Origin: Ginglymostoma cirratum
Taxonomy: Eukaryota
Assembly (NCBI GenBank): GCA_024137785.1
Contig: JAHRHZ010000041.1
Coordinates: 22,833,518-22,897,517 of the forward strand
Direction of reading: 5' to 3'
Length of the DNA: 64,000 nt
Shown one piece after another: positions 1-12,049 of this stretch. The stretch's first letter is position 1. Every line of letters begins with the position of its first letter. The notes under the pieces are model-generated. The model was not told where the DNA came from. It searched no databases and saw only the letters and a list, made by a program, of their open reading frames with translations. The position numbers and the translations under genes are program-made.

Positions 1-1040
1 ATCACTCAGCATCTTGTTCTCACTCTTTACTCGGTGTCTCACTCTTCCCTTCACTCGGTGTCTGGCTAACCCCTTTCATTTGGCATCTCACTCTCCATCT
101 TCAGTCCAAATCTTTCTCTCCTTCATTTGGCATTCTGCTAATCTGCACTTGGCATCTCGCTCTAGCCTTCACAAAGTGTTTCACTCACCCCCTTCACTCT
201 GCCTCTCATTCTCCATCACTTGACGTCTCATACTCCTTCACATGGAATGTCATCTTCTCCTTTCATTTGCTGTTTTAAGGTCCTTAACGCAGCAACTCCC
301 TCCCTCCTTTCATTTGGCATCATGTGCCCCACCATGCAATGCTTCACTCTCCTTTTCTCTCAACATCTTGGTCTTCTTCACTCAGTGTCTGGTTCTCCTT
401 CACCAGAAGTCTCACACTGTCCCTTTTGGCTTCTCACTTTCCCATTTACTCAGCATCTCACTCAGCCCTTCGCTCTTCATCACACTCTCCCCCCATCCCC
501 TCATCCCCACTTTCTTGGTGTCTCACTCTTCTTCACTCGGTGTCTTGCACTCCTACACCATTACCTTCCATCCAGTATCTCACTCTCCCTCATTCTAATG
601 TCTCACTCTTCTCCTTCACTTGACGTCTCGTTCTCCCTCTTCAGATGGAATCTCATTCTTCCCGTTTCTCAGAGTCTCTTGCTCCGCCTTCACTCTGCAT
701 CTCGCATCTGGCTCTCCTTCGTTTGACATCTCCTGCTAGCCTTCGCTCGGTCTCTTGCTTTCATCTTCACCTGGGTTCTCATTCTCCCCATCCCATTCTC
801 CTTCACCCAGCGCTTCATCCTCGCCTTCACGTTCACTCTTGTTCGCCCTTCGTTGGGTGCCTCGCTTTTCCCGTCTCTCACTGGAAGCCTCGCTCCAATC
901 GTCGTCCGGGGGCATCTCCCTCCGTCACTTGACGTCTCACCCTCACGCTCTCTTCCCCTTCACTTGGCGCCTCGCTCTCCCTCTTTGCTGTCTCACTTTT
1001 CCCCTTCGCTGATCATTTCAATCTCCCCCTTCACTCTGGA
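1..1040. repeat. Degenerate pyrimidine-rich minisatellite, unit ~22-25 bp (approx. TCTCACTCTCCCCTTCACTYGGYR), continues past the left edge
   Basis: Recurring TCTCACTCT..CCTTCACT(C/T)GG units throughout 1-1040; accounts for the Ser/Leu/Pro/His-rich spurious ORFs here. Confidence 0.8.
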
Positions 1041-1339
1041 ATCTGACAGCTCAGCCGTGATATTTATTTTCCCCTTGGGAGTCTGGAGAAGCTGTGTGAG
1101 ACAGAGTAGTGAGGACTGACAGCCTGCGGTCTTGAGAGGAACTGGATCTCCTTCACCCACAGAGGAACTGGAATGTGGTAGCAGTCATCCTAGATTTTGT
1201 GGAATGTCATCATCACTAACTGTTGGTCATGAACACGAAACATCATTCTTTGTAGCAATGTGTGTGGTCACTGACGAGAATTAAGCCCGTTCACTTTTTA
1301 ATTTACTCCACCAGCCCCACCTACAGCCTTCCCTCCGTA

Positions 1340-1700
1340 TCCACCCACTGGAGGAACTGGTCTTTTTACGGCTCTGCGCCAGCGGTGGGCGGGGCCCTGT
1401 CGTAAAGCTTGCCATCGGGCGGACTGGGCTTGCCGGCCGCCGGCGATGCTGCGCCTGCGCGTCCTCGGTGCCGGCTTTAAAGCCGCCGGCGTGTCCGTTG
1501 CGTACAGCCGGCCGTTCTGGGATTTCGTTTCGTTCCTTGGTTCTCTCCGCTTGGCCCGCCCCAGTTTCCAGGCCCGGCTTAGCCGCAGCGAGCAGGAGCC
1601 GCTGTCTCCCAGTTCCGGCCCGCTCCTCTTAGCCCGGTCTCACGCCACCATGGCAGTCCAGAGCATGGCCAAGAGGATGGTCTGGGTGGATCTGGAGGTA
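1340..1700 (+). promoter_or_regulatory. REXO2 CpG-island promoter / exon 1 region
   Basis: Sharp rise in GC and CpG; GC box GGGCGGGG 1387-1394; NRF1-type TGCGCCTGCGC 1450-1460; no TATA seen. Confidence 0.75.
1446..1697 (+). CDS. REXO2: REXO2 exon 1 (mitochondrial targeting extension + [16 protein letters not shown])
   Basis: ATG 1446, second in-frame ATG 1650; donor GAG|GTAACT at 1697/1698, phase 0. Confidence 0.9.
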
Positions 1701-4700
1701 ACTTTTACCCCTAACCCAACCCTAGCCCCAGCCCCCACTCACACACTCACTCACTCACTCCCCCGCCTGTTACGGCTTTCTAATGGTAAATTAACGCATC
1801 CCTGGGGAACAGGAGAGAACCCCTCTCTGCATCGCCCTTACCCACATTTGCAAAATTTATCTGCTGTTTTGCAAACGTAGATTTCATTTTGGCCCAATTG
1901 TGCATAATTCTGCACCTTTAACTCGTCCAGGCTTTCACTTGGTTTATTTTTTATTTTCTGCACCTAACCCCGCCTAAATGTGGCCCAAATGTGGTCGTTT
2001 CCAGAGACTTGCAGCAAATGCTGCTGCTTGCTCTGCCACGTTTTTTTTTTTTTCTAAACCTTCCAGCAACTATCTTGTGCTGTGTATAATTGGGCGGTGG
2101 AAACAGTCTAGCTGGTGGTTTTACTAGATCAGGCATTAACGTTGGGAATGTTTGGTGGTATGGCATTTGCCGCATCTGTACTGTGCTAGTGAGAGAGAGA
2201 GAGAGAGATGATGCACGCTTACGTAATGGTTTTTCTACAGTGAGCTGCAGATATGTTGTTGTTGTACTTGCTGGAGTACAGTGTGCTTTTTTCTGTCGAA
2301 AAAACTAGTAACTTGACCATGCAAACCTGATCAACTCTTAAGTGTTGGTGCTCAGGACCTATGCAGGTTTTCTACTTGGGTGGGAAATTGAAAGTCTGCA
2401 CGTGAGAAGTTAGAAATGTTGAGATGGAATGGAAGTGGATTGTATTAAATTTCAGTTATATCATGGATTCCAAATCCATAAACACTACTTGTGTCCTTTG
2501 GTAGCCTCTCAAAATTACAACTTGTTCCATTCCAGATATGTGCATGTTTGACCAACTTTGCTGTCTGTAGAGTTGGTGCTTGAAGGAAGGGTTGGGTAGG
2601 TGAGATTTGTCTTTTGTGACTTGTGCACTCTCTCTTCAATAGCTTATCTTCTCTTCTGAGTGTCTCTGGTGAAGTCTTTTGTTGTGCTTGGTGCCTTCCT
2701 GAAAGAGCCTTCTCCATTTTTAGGTCAGTTCCAAGTCAGGGTCTGGAGATCTGACCTCCTTCCCAGAAGCTTTCAGGACATGTGCTTGGAATATATCTAT
2801 CTAGTGCAGTAGTCTTCAGATTGACCATATCTTGATCATTGATATGAAGGTGCAGGTAGCTAAGAAGTTTTACATGGTGTGTTTTAGAATCAACTTCACT
2901 TAAGTGTTTATGCAGCCAGTTTTAAGTTCCTCAGCTAATCTTTTCTGTGCACAGCTGTGTCCTAAATTGTATAGAAGTGAAGCGACTGATGTATAGAGAA
3001 CTAGAATAATGCTTTGCCTGTTGTAATATGGAGCTTTAGGTTTTCCAAAAGCCTGGTGTTCATTGACCAGTATATTGCAGTTGGTACTTTCCTTTTTTAT
3101 TGTGGCCTTTTATAAAGGGAGAAAAACAATGTAATTAAAACTATAATGTGGTCTGACATTTTTTGCTTTCTTCTCTAAATAGATGACTGGATTGGACATA
3201 GAAAAAGATAAAATCATAGAAATGGCATGCATTATAACTGATGCAGATTTGAATATTTTAGCTGAGGTAAGATGCCTTAAAGTCCTAGGAAAGAATCTAT
3301 TTTAAATATGGATATTGAAATTTAAATTTTGGATTGTTTTACACTCAAAATCTATCACTTTCTTTCTGTTAGGGTCCACACTTGATTGTCAACCAACCAA
3401 ATGAGCTATTAGATGGCATGTCAGAGTGGTGTACAGAACATCATGGAAAGGTATGTTACTGTTCACTATTTCAGTTAGACTGCCATTTCTACACAGTTCA
3501 AGAATTGGCAAACACGTCTGAAATGTCAGTTCTGCCCATTCCTTAAAGAACAGTTCAGCACAATTCGTACTACATGTTCAGTATGTGGGTTACTTGTACA
3601 TTAATGAATCTGTCCTTGTAAGATGATAAATTGTGAAATGCTTATGTAACATTTCAATTTTTCATGAGCATTTTTCCTGCCTCCAAAGATTCACTTGCAA
3701 TCATCTTGGAGAATGACTGACTTTACTTTTGTAATATCCTTTGCAGTGTTGGGATCGAATGTTAATGACTTTAACTTTTCAGTCTTCCTAAATATGAAGT
3801 GGAGCTTGTGAAAAACATTCATGCTTTAGTTTTTTAGAAGTCAGTTGTTGAATTAGAGTGGGATATTTAGGGGAGCAAAATTGATGTACTGTAATTGAAT
3901 CAAGATGGATTGCTCTGATATTTTTTATTAAATGTACCATTAGTTTTGTTCACCTAATGGAAGCTCACCATGTGAAGTTGATATCTTGATATAGGTAACA
4001 AGGTGCAGAGCTGGATGAACACAGCAGGCCAAGCAGCATCAGAGGAGCAGGATAGATGACGTTTCGGGCCTAGACCCTCCTTGAGAAAAACTTTTCTGAA
4101 GAAGGGTCTAGGCCCGAAACATCAGCTCTGCTGCTCCCCTGCTGTGCTCATCCAGCTCTGCACCTTGTTTTTGCAGATTCTCCAGTATCTGCAGTTCCTG
4201 CTATCCCTGAAACAGTGTTGATTATAGATGTTGCAGTTCACAAAAATGACAGTCCCCAGAAAAAGATTTTTGCCTTTACTTTGAGTCATAGACTTTCAAT
4301 CACTGTGTGTTTTGTCTAGGGGGTGGTGGTGGCAAGGGGATGTTGGGGTTGGGTGGTAATCTGTGGGTATCATTAAAGAACTGAGGTTTTGAATTGTTCA
4401 CTGCTGAATTTTCACAGGAGCATGAAGTACGATTTAGTTCTACTATGTAGAGAAAACAGAATAAAGACTGGGAAATGGGGCTGAGTGATTAAGCTACTTT
4501 TTGAATATAAGAGGTCACTTCACAATATATACAAACTATTTTCAGAGAATTATTCAATGCCTACTTTTCCTCCATACTAAAACTAAAACTAACTTTTGAA
4601 CAAAATAGCACCTTTTTCAAACTTCAACTAGCTTTAGTGATCAGGTAAGATTTAACTTTTTGCTAGTATAATTTCTGTTCCATGTACATCAGTGAGAATG

Positions 4701-7700
4701 CAACAACATCTAGGGTAGAACAGACCCCTGACAGCAATTTCTAGCACAGTAATATGTGACAGAAGTTACTGTTGAATTTACCCTATAAATAATGCCAAGT
4801 GCCAGTGGCCTTGCTGTTTGTTACAGCAAACAGTGCTGAAGCATCAATACAATTGCAGTCTATTTTTATTATTGTAAGGGCAGAATGTATGAATTTTAAA
4901 TTGCCCAATTGTTCTGAATTGCATCTACACTGACCATAATCTTTATTCACCAGTGTCAGTCTTTTTCCTGAGAATTTTACTTTTTTCTTTTAGTTGTTGG
5001 GATGAGGGTGTCGCTGCCTAGGTAGCATTTATTGCCCATCCCTAACTGCCCAGTGGGCAGTTAAGAGTCAACCATGTTGTGGATCTGGAATCACATAGGC
5101 CAGACCAGGCAAAGTGAAACAAGATGAGTTTTTCTGACCATTGACAATGGATTCATGGTCATTAGACTCTGAATTCCAGATTTTGTGTGTGCATGTTCCT
5201 AATGGAATTTGACCTTGGACCTGGGTCTCCAGAATATTGCTTGGGTCCCTGGATTAACAGTCCAACAATAGCACTGCTCGGCCTTTGCCTCTTGCACACC
5301 GGAAGAGATTTTGATCATGCCTCAAAGTTATTCAAATGTATTGGAAGTAAGAGTAAAGGACATACAATTTGGTGGGCAAAGTGTTAAGTTGAATTTGAAG
5401 GCATGACTCTGTTTTGAGATTTTCATTGTGCAAGAGAGAACCATACTAACAAGTGAAATATGTATTTTATTTTTCCTTTTGTAGTCAGGCCTCACACAGG
5501 CAGTGCGGGATAGCAAGATCAGCCTGCAGCAAGCAGAATATGAATTTCTGTCTTTTGTACGCCAGCATACCCCACCAGGCCTCTGTCCTCTTGCAGGTGA
5601 GAGATTCAAATAACGTATTGTCTTGAGTTTCTTCATAATACTGGTGCTTAGTGTACAAGTCCCTGAAGGTGCAGCACAAGTAGATAGGGAGGTGAAGAAG
5701 GCATGTGGTATGCTTGCCTTGATTAGCTGGGTTGGGGGGAGGGGTGTAGAACGTAGCAGCAAGGAAGCCTTGTTACAACTTCAAAACATTGGGTGCATAG
5801 ATGGAATACTGTTTGCTGTCCTAGCTGCCTAGCTTTTTCCTTGGAAGGAAGTGATTACACTGGAGGGGGTGCTGGGCAGAATCAACAATGTTGCCTGTGA
5901 TGAGAAGCCTCTTATGAGGATAGGCTGGGTTTGTTTTCTTGGAGCAGAGGTAGCTGAGCCAGTGACTCAATTTGCAGTTCTCAATTTGAGAAGCATGGAC
6001 AGGAATTGAGAATCTGTTTTCTCCATGGCAGACATCTAAGACCAGAGAACACAAGTTGAAGGTGAGGAGCAAGTAATTCAGGAGATATGAATGAGATTAT
6101 CTTCACCTAGAGGGTGGCACATTGAGGCAACATGTTGCCTGAGGGTAGTGAAGGCAGATACTCTAGCAACACTTTAAGCCCCTGGATCAGTAATTAAAAT
6201 GCATGGGCATAGTGCAGATAAATAAGACTAGTGTAGTTTGGTGTTGGTTAGCATAGGCAAAATAGATAGGCAAAAGGAGCAGTTTTGTATGCTCTATGAT
6301 GCTTTAAACATGTAGGCATATTTAATGATTATAGCAAATATTAATTTGTTTGACACAAGAAGCAAAGGATCACTGAGAATGGGCAAATAAATCAGAAAAA
6401 AGTCTAAGGATTTTTCTTTAGACAGAATTGTAATCTGAATTTTCTCTAACTACCAGCCTGCTCATAATTGGGTGATTCATGTGGACTTTTGTGGTGTACA
6501 AACAAGAATATACAATTGCATGAGTTTGCAACCTTCAAGATGTCTGAAGACCATTCTGAAGGGGCAAGTGTAACAGAAAAATCATAGTCCAAATGTTTAT
6601 TTCTAGGAAATTCAGTCCATGCTGATAAAAAGTTTCTGGATAAGTACATGCCACAGTTCATGAAGCACTTGCATTACAGAATAATTGATGTTAGCACAAT
6701 CAAAGAATTATGCAGGTAAGATGTTTGTTTTTAATCAGAATTTTGGCTATTACTTGAACAGTAATGAAATTGTATTTCAATGTGAAGAGTATTTCTAGCA
6801 ACTTGACCACACTACTTTAATGCTGCTGAATTTTTGTTTTTTGGACTTGGTGGTTTTTCAGACGTTGGTATCCAGATGAATATGAAGATGCACCAAAGAA
6901 GAAAGCATCACACCGGTGAGTAATGCCTGCCATTGCTAATTATGTTTGAACATGCAAAAAAGCAGTTTATTAAAACCTTTTTAAACTGAGACTTCAGTTT
7001 CAAATACAAATTTATAGATATGGATTCACTCAACTCTTTAACCTCTTAAAATGCTATCAACTCCTGGTTCTTAACAGTTAAAGATAACAAATCCAGACAG
7101 CATTTTTCCAATGAAAGTGCAATATTGTAAATGACAGCAATCTAACTAGCACTGAAAATGCTGGAGAAACTCAGCAGGTCTAGTTGCAGCATCTGTGGAG
7201 ATTTCTACAGTATCATGAGATTCAACATTAACACTGTTTCTCTCTCCATAGATGTTGCCAGACCTGAGTTTCATCAGCATTTGCTATAGCATTTATCCTT
7301 TTTTCATTTTCTTGATTTTGTACATAATTGTTTCTGTTTGGCTGTATCTTTGCAGCCTTCTTCTGGAAGGGCATATGCTTTTTGGATGGAAAGGTCTTTG
7401 TGGTGTTGTTGACCTTTTGATTATAGTTGAAAGTAGGCTAACTTGGACAATATGGAAATGGAACACAGAATGAACAGTTTTTTGAACAGATGAAGATGAC
7501 ATCAAACCTGGTTGCCCTGCCAACAATCATGGTCTAGACTATTCAATCAGGGAACAAGTGTGTCTTTTGACTGTCATCTCTTAGAATTGTGCTGACATTT
7601 CTGAAATTGATTCAACAGAATCTTTTTACCTCTTTTGAGAGCACTATCAACCAAAGTGCATACGTTTAAGTTTTTTGGTAACTTTGCTACACAAGTTAAC

Positions 7701-7871
7701 TCTCTGATCCTTAAATTGATCACTTTTTTTTTCAGAGCATTAAATGATATCCGTGAGAGCATCAAAGAGCTGCAGTTTTACAGAACGCATATATTTAAAG
7801 AAACCAAAGCAGATGAGAAGAAGAGAAAAACTCATCTAGAAAATGGTGACAATAGCAAGCAAGAGAGCTAG
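1446..7871 (+). CDS. REXO2: Oligoribonuclease, mitochondrial (RNA exonuclease 2, DEDDh family); 7 exons, 274 aa
   Basis: join(1446-1697,3183-3266,3373-3450,5485-5596,6607-6715,6862-6915,7736-7871)=825 nt, all GT-AG; motifs [52 protein letters not shown] match human REXO2 / E. coli Orn. Confidence 0.97.
3183..3266 (+). CDS. REXO2: REXO2 exon 2
   Basis: AG|[28 protein letters not shown]|GTAAGA, 84 nt. Confidence 0.96.
3373..3450 (+). CDS. REXO2: REXO2 exon 3
   Basis: AG|[26 protein letters not shown]|GTATGT, 78 nt. Confidence 0.96.
3994..4210. mobile_element. Penelope-like element terminal repeats as an inverted (fold-back) pair
   Basis: GGTAACAAGGTGCAGAGCTGGATGAACACAGC...TTTCGGGCCTAGACCC followed by its reverse complement; same family as 15169, 34866, 49585, 56822, 58278. 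Confidence 0.7.
4985..5292 (-). mobile_element. tRNA-derived shark SINE with GGGATGGGCAATAAATG LINE-derived tail
   Basis: Reverse complement of the family seen at 36800-37150 and 46714-47060. Confidence 0.7.
5485..5596 (+). CDS. REXO2: REXO2 exon 4
   Basis: AG|[37 protein letters not shown](G)|GTGAGA, 112 nt. Confidence 0.96.
5620..6300 (+). mobile_element. CR1 LINE 3' fragment, decayed (REXO2 intron 4)
   Basis: CR1 ORF2 C-terminal remnants (CAAGTAGATAGG..GTGAAGAAGGCAT, TTTCTTGGAGCAGAGG, ACCAGAGAACACAAG) homologous to 28600-29250. Confidence 0.7.
6607..6715 (+). CDS. REXO2: REXO2 exon 5
   Basis: AG|(G)[35 protein letters not shown](R)|GTAAGA, 109 nt. Confidence 0.96.
6862..6915 (+). CDS. 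REXO2: REXO2 exon 6
   Basis: AG|[17 protein letters not shown](R)|GTGAGT, 54 nt. Confidence 0.95.
7152..7285. mobile_element. Older Penelope-like terminal-repeat fragment, inverted pair
   Basis: AAATGCTGGAGAAACTCAGCAGGTCT..CAGCATCTGTGGAGA / TCTCCATAGATGTTGCCAGACCTGAGTTTC..CAGCATTT. Confidence 0.6.
7736..7871 (+). CDS. REXO2: REXO2 exon 7 (coding part)
   Basis: TTTTTTTTTCAG|[44 protein letters not shown]. Confidence 0.95.
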
Positions 7872-8061
7872 GACAAGAGGACTGACTGACGTCTACAAAG
7901 CTTATCCAGAAAATTCTGTCCCTGTTTACATTTTTGCTCCCAATCAAGTGTTGGACACTTGACAATAAGATCTTTTGTGACATGTAATGTTTAAAAGCAG
8001 TATCTAAATTTCTTTCTGTTGTGTTTTAGCCGTTTTAGTTCCAGACTTCAATCAAATTTGT

Positions 8062-8067
8062 AATAAA
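8062..8067 (+). terminator. Candidate REXO2 polyadenylation signal (alternative AATAAA at 8538-8543)
   Basis: AATAAA ~190 nt after the stop codon, followed by a U-rich tract. Confidence 0.5.
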
Positions 8068-10692
8068 GCCAGGCTTCACTTTTGTTTCCTCTAGTTGGAG
8101 TCTTTGGTCTATGAAACAACACAACAGCATTAATTTAGAACACAACTGCTTTTTTTATTTCGCATTTTTCCATATAAATGCATAATAACTCTGGCAACTC
8201 TTCTGCTTGAGTTTCTAATTCGGATTCCAATTTCCATCACTTTGAGCAGTTAGTTAAGAATTATTTGCAATTCACTGTTTATTACTGCACATAGTGTGAC
8301 TTTCTTGTTTCTTTGCTGATTTCAAACTGCCTAATGAATCAACTTGCCAGAAACTGGTTTAATGTTTAATCGTGTGTTGAAATAGTGTACATAGCACCAT
8401 GGAATGAGCAGTCCTGATTTAGCTAACAAATATTGTAAACACTCCCTGTTAACTTGTTCATTATCCTCAAATTTTGTTAGCACAATGCCATGAAATTTAA
8501 AAATCAAACCTTGAAAATGCACTTATTTTTTATTCAAAATAAACTCTGCCTGTTACAGCAAAAGCTCATGTCTGTTTTGACTTTGAAGAGTGGAGTAAAT
8601 GTGGTTTGTTTTTAAAAGATACAAAATGGTTCTTCAACCAGTTTTTTAAAAAAAAGCTTCTTTTTTAAAAATCATTCCAAGGTGCTTTGGAGGCATTTGT
8701 AATTTTGAGTACAAGGATCTAAGTGACTGGAAGCCTGATCATGCTTTGAGAAGTGGGGAAAAGGGGCAGAGGTTAAGAGGGAAATCAAACTAGGGCATTA
8801 ATAAATTGAACTGACAGGGTCTGTTTAGCTGTTTACCAAATCTGGTTTCACAGTGGTATTAGTTGTTTGCCACTGATCTGATTGTTCAGATTCATAACAT
8901 CTCCACATTGCATCACTACCTTAATCCCAATGCCATGAAGATGAGGCAGAACAACAGAGAAAGGAAACAAATTCTGCATTCAGTATCTCACTGCTTGGTG
9001 ACATCCTGACCCATATGGCAAAAGATAATTAGATGTGAATCAGCCAGGTCAAGGATGTGACACATGACAAACTCTCTTAATCCTAGAGTAGATGTCATCC
9101 TTGATTTGAGGAAGAATTGATAGCAAAGTTAAGTATTTGAAGAGTATGTGAGAGCTGAGCTTTTGACCCATAATGACATTCTTGTTAAAATCTATATGGC
9201 AACATGTTATCAAATGTCATTTTGAAACTCATCTTATTTCAGTTTTATCCTCATGTCTGGTTTGCTTTTGAACCCTTGCTTTAAACATCTGTGATTAGCA
9301 TCAACATTAGTTTGATTCTGTGTGTCTCTCTACAAAATTGCCAGCTTTTCCTTGTTTTCTATGTAACCCTGGCCGTTGTGATTTGGTAAGGCCACTCCAA
9401 TCCATCTGCATGGCATCTGAAGTAGTTGGATGGTTGTTTCAAAATATGGTAGCTTAATTTGAATTGTAAAGATAAAGAACATTGAAAAATAAAGCTGGAT
9501 TTTAAACAGTTCCAGTATGGATACCCTTAATCATGAGGGAAGTAAGTTTACGTGTTGGGTTTAGATGTTTTGTAAGCCCCCAAAAGTTTAAAGGCCATTT
9601 TATTTAAAAAAAAAACTATGATAATTTGTTTAACATGGGAAAATATCTCAATGTCATAGAATAAAACTTGGCACCAAGCTGTTTAAGATATTGTTGATGG
9701 AAATGACCAGATGTTGGTTATTGGAAGGTCCTTTTAAATTAGAATGGTGAGATTTAAGGTGGAGCTTCAGATGTTTCTGTTATGAGCAACAGAAGGCTTT
9801 GAGATGCTGAGCAGCAGAATTAATTCTGCTTGTGGATATCCTGCAGACTTGTGAAGCTGTAAGTTTCAAGGGAATAGGCAGTGGACCGATTTGAGGCATG
9901 TTTTCCTAGTTAAGTGATCAGTATAGGGTTTGGCAATAGGATTTGGGAAACAGGCAGAAATGTCTAGGATGTCCTTAAGTTCCCCTGCATGTGGAACACA
10001 ACAAACAAGACTAGATTGTAATGATTTAATTTCTATTCCCCTCTGTTTTCATTCGTCATTGCTTTGTTTGCCTTTGTTACAGTAAGGAATATTTAACCTG
10101 ATTGTGATTGTTTGAATAGGAGGTGACCATCCGGCCTGTCAAGTTTGCTCTGTAGTATGGCCATAGCTAAACTTGGGTGTCAACCTCACTTTCCTGACCT
10201 CTTTCAATAATCCTTTAATTCCATGAGAGACCAAGAATCTGTTTGTTCCAAATTTAAATGTATTCATTGGTGATTCTGCAACCTTCTGGCATTGAAATCT
10301 CCAAAGACACTCAATCCTTTGCATGATGAAATTTCTCTTCCACTAAGCCCTGATACAGTGTACAAAAGTGTCGTATTTTTCGATGTAGACTCACCAAAAA
10401 GTCCTGTAAACTGCATAGCAAGCAGACAGCTGCTCAGGAGTATGTTGCAATGGTTAAATCTAATGTAAAAACAACATGGATGAAATTTGTAGCAGCAGAT
10501 GACTTGAGGTAGGGCCAGAGGCAGGTACTGTTACAGAAGTGGTAGCTTATGGATATGAGGTGCCTAAACTCCTCTTTGCACCAAAAACAATCTGGGCCAG
10601 CCTCTGTTGATGGGGATATAATAAGCCAATCTTGAGGGAGCAAGCTGGCTTTAGTCGCAAAATCTTGTTTTAGAATTTCATAATATTTAATT

Positions 10693-11120
10693 AGGGGAGG
10701 AAACGGCCTTGTGGTAATATCACTGTACTGTTGATTAAGAGACCCAGGTAATGTTCTGAGGACCTGGGTTTGAATCCTGCCAAGGCAGATGGTAGAATTT
10801 GAATTCAACATTTTTTTTAAAAATCTGGAATTAAGAGTCAAATGATAAGTGTGAAACTGTGGATGCTTATAAAAACGCATTGTGTTCCCTAATGCCCCCA
10901 AGGGAGGGTAAACTACTATTGTTACCTGAGATAAAAGGTACTGCAGATGCTGGAGAATCCGAGATAACAAGCATGGGGCTGATGATTGTTACCTGTTCTG
11001 GCCTCCATGTGACTCCAGACCAACAGCAATGTGGTTGACTTTTAACTGCCCCCTGGGCATCTACAGGTGCACAATAAATGCCGGCCCAGCCAGCAAAGCC
11101 CTCATTCAGTGAATGAATTA
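10693..11120 (+). mobile_element. tRNA-derived SINE containing a nested Penelope-repeat fragment (10929-10984)
   Basis: tRNA-like head (GGCCTTGTGGT...GGGTTTGAATCC), tail AATAAATGCCGGCC...TGAATGAAT; nested insert flanked by 11-bp duplication ATTGTTACCTG (10918-10928, 10985-10995). Confidence 0.75.
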
Positions 11121-11189
11121 AAAAATAACTTTGCAGTTTAAATTATGCTTATCCAGCCCTGAGATGTGGGATAATTCAGATGTCTGATA

Positions 11190-11640
11190 AGAGCTACGGC
11201 TGTGATCAAGAGGGAGGATGAATGAATGGGTTTGCGATGGAAGGATCTGCGAGCTGTTTCTGTGACAACGATGGGTGTGGTTCTGAGGACAAGGGGGCTG
11301 GCCTCTAGCAATCCGTGTTTCAGCATCGGCTCTCGGGAGGTGAGTGTAGGGGAGGGAGATGCAGGTCAGGTTTGTCCCTGAGAGATAATAGGTACTGCAG
11401 ATGCTGGAGAATCCGCCGGGAGGAGGGTCTATCAGCTGCAGGACTGTGAGAGCCTCTTGCCCGGCCTTGGGTTCGAGGGGCAGGTCGCTGATCTCTCTGT
11501 GTCCTGCAACGCCCCGACTACCTCCACCTTCACCAAAACACCAGTACAAACACAAGCTCGCTGGTCAGCCCAACTCGCAGAGCAAATCACCTTTAACATG
11601 AAACATTTCAGAAGGGATCGTTGCCACGTCGGCGACTTTC
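11190..11640 (+). promoter_or_regulatory. CpG-enriched region; candidate AAMDC promoter and non-coding first exon ending at 11339
   Basis: Local CpG enrichment; strong donor GAG|GTGAGT at 11339/11340; the AAMDC ATG exon has an acceptor only 10 nt upstream of the ATG, so an upstream non-coding exon is expected. Confidence 0.5.
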
Positions 11641-12049
11641 TAGATTCAGTTCTAGAAATCGTAGTGAAAGTGCAGCAGTTCTGGCAGTTTGCCAAGTTCT
11701 GATGTTGCATAAATTTCCATGCCTGCAATTTTTTTTTCACTAGCAACTTTGTTATGGTCTTAGCCGGTTTAATTTAGGGTATGGTATTACAATTTAAATG
11801 GGCGAGTTTCAGGTGCATTTTGCAAATGTGGGGACTTCTATTTGTGCTTCACGCCAATTAATTTTTTAATGGAATGGGAATCTCGGGCAAATTCTCTACT
11901 ACTATTAAAATAATTCCACGTTGATTGTACTTGTGAGCGTATTTGGGAGTATTTAAACTTGCTTGTGTCATTTTGCAAGACTATCTCAAGTTACTTTTCT
12001 GTGTCTTTCTGGTCGTTATCCTGTCATCTGGTACGAATTCATGTGAAAT

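Noticed and set aside
1-1040. CRISPR-like periodicity
   Set aside because: Degenerate tandem units without unique spacers, in eukaryotic DNA with no cas genes
14-1119. Cluster of overlapping 60-170-aa ORFs
   Set aside because: Products of a stop-poor pyrimidine-rich minisatellite; low-complexity translations
1698-1880. Continuation of the 144-aa ORF beyond WVDLE, including telomere-like CCCTAACCC
   Set aside because: Read-through into intron 1 past a clear GT donor; only one or two telomeric units
10434-10970. 178-aa minus-strand ORF
   Set aside because: Runs through a SINE and a Penelope fragment; the same peptide (LSRILQHLQYLLS) recurs at other repeat copies
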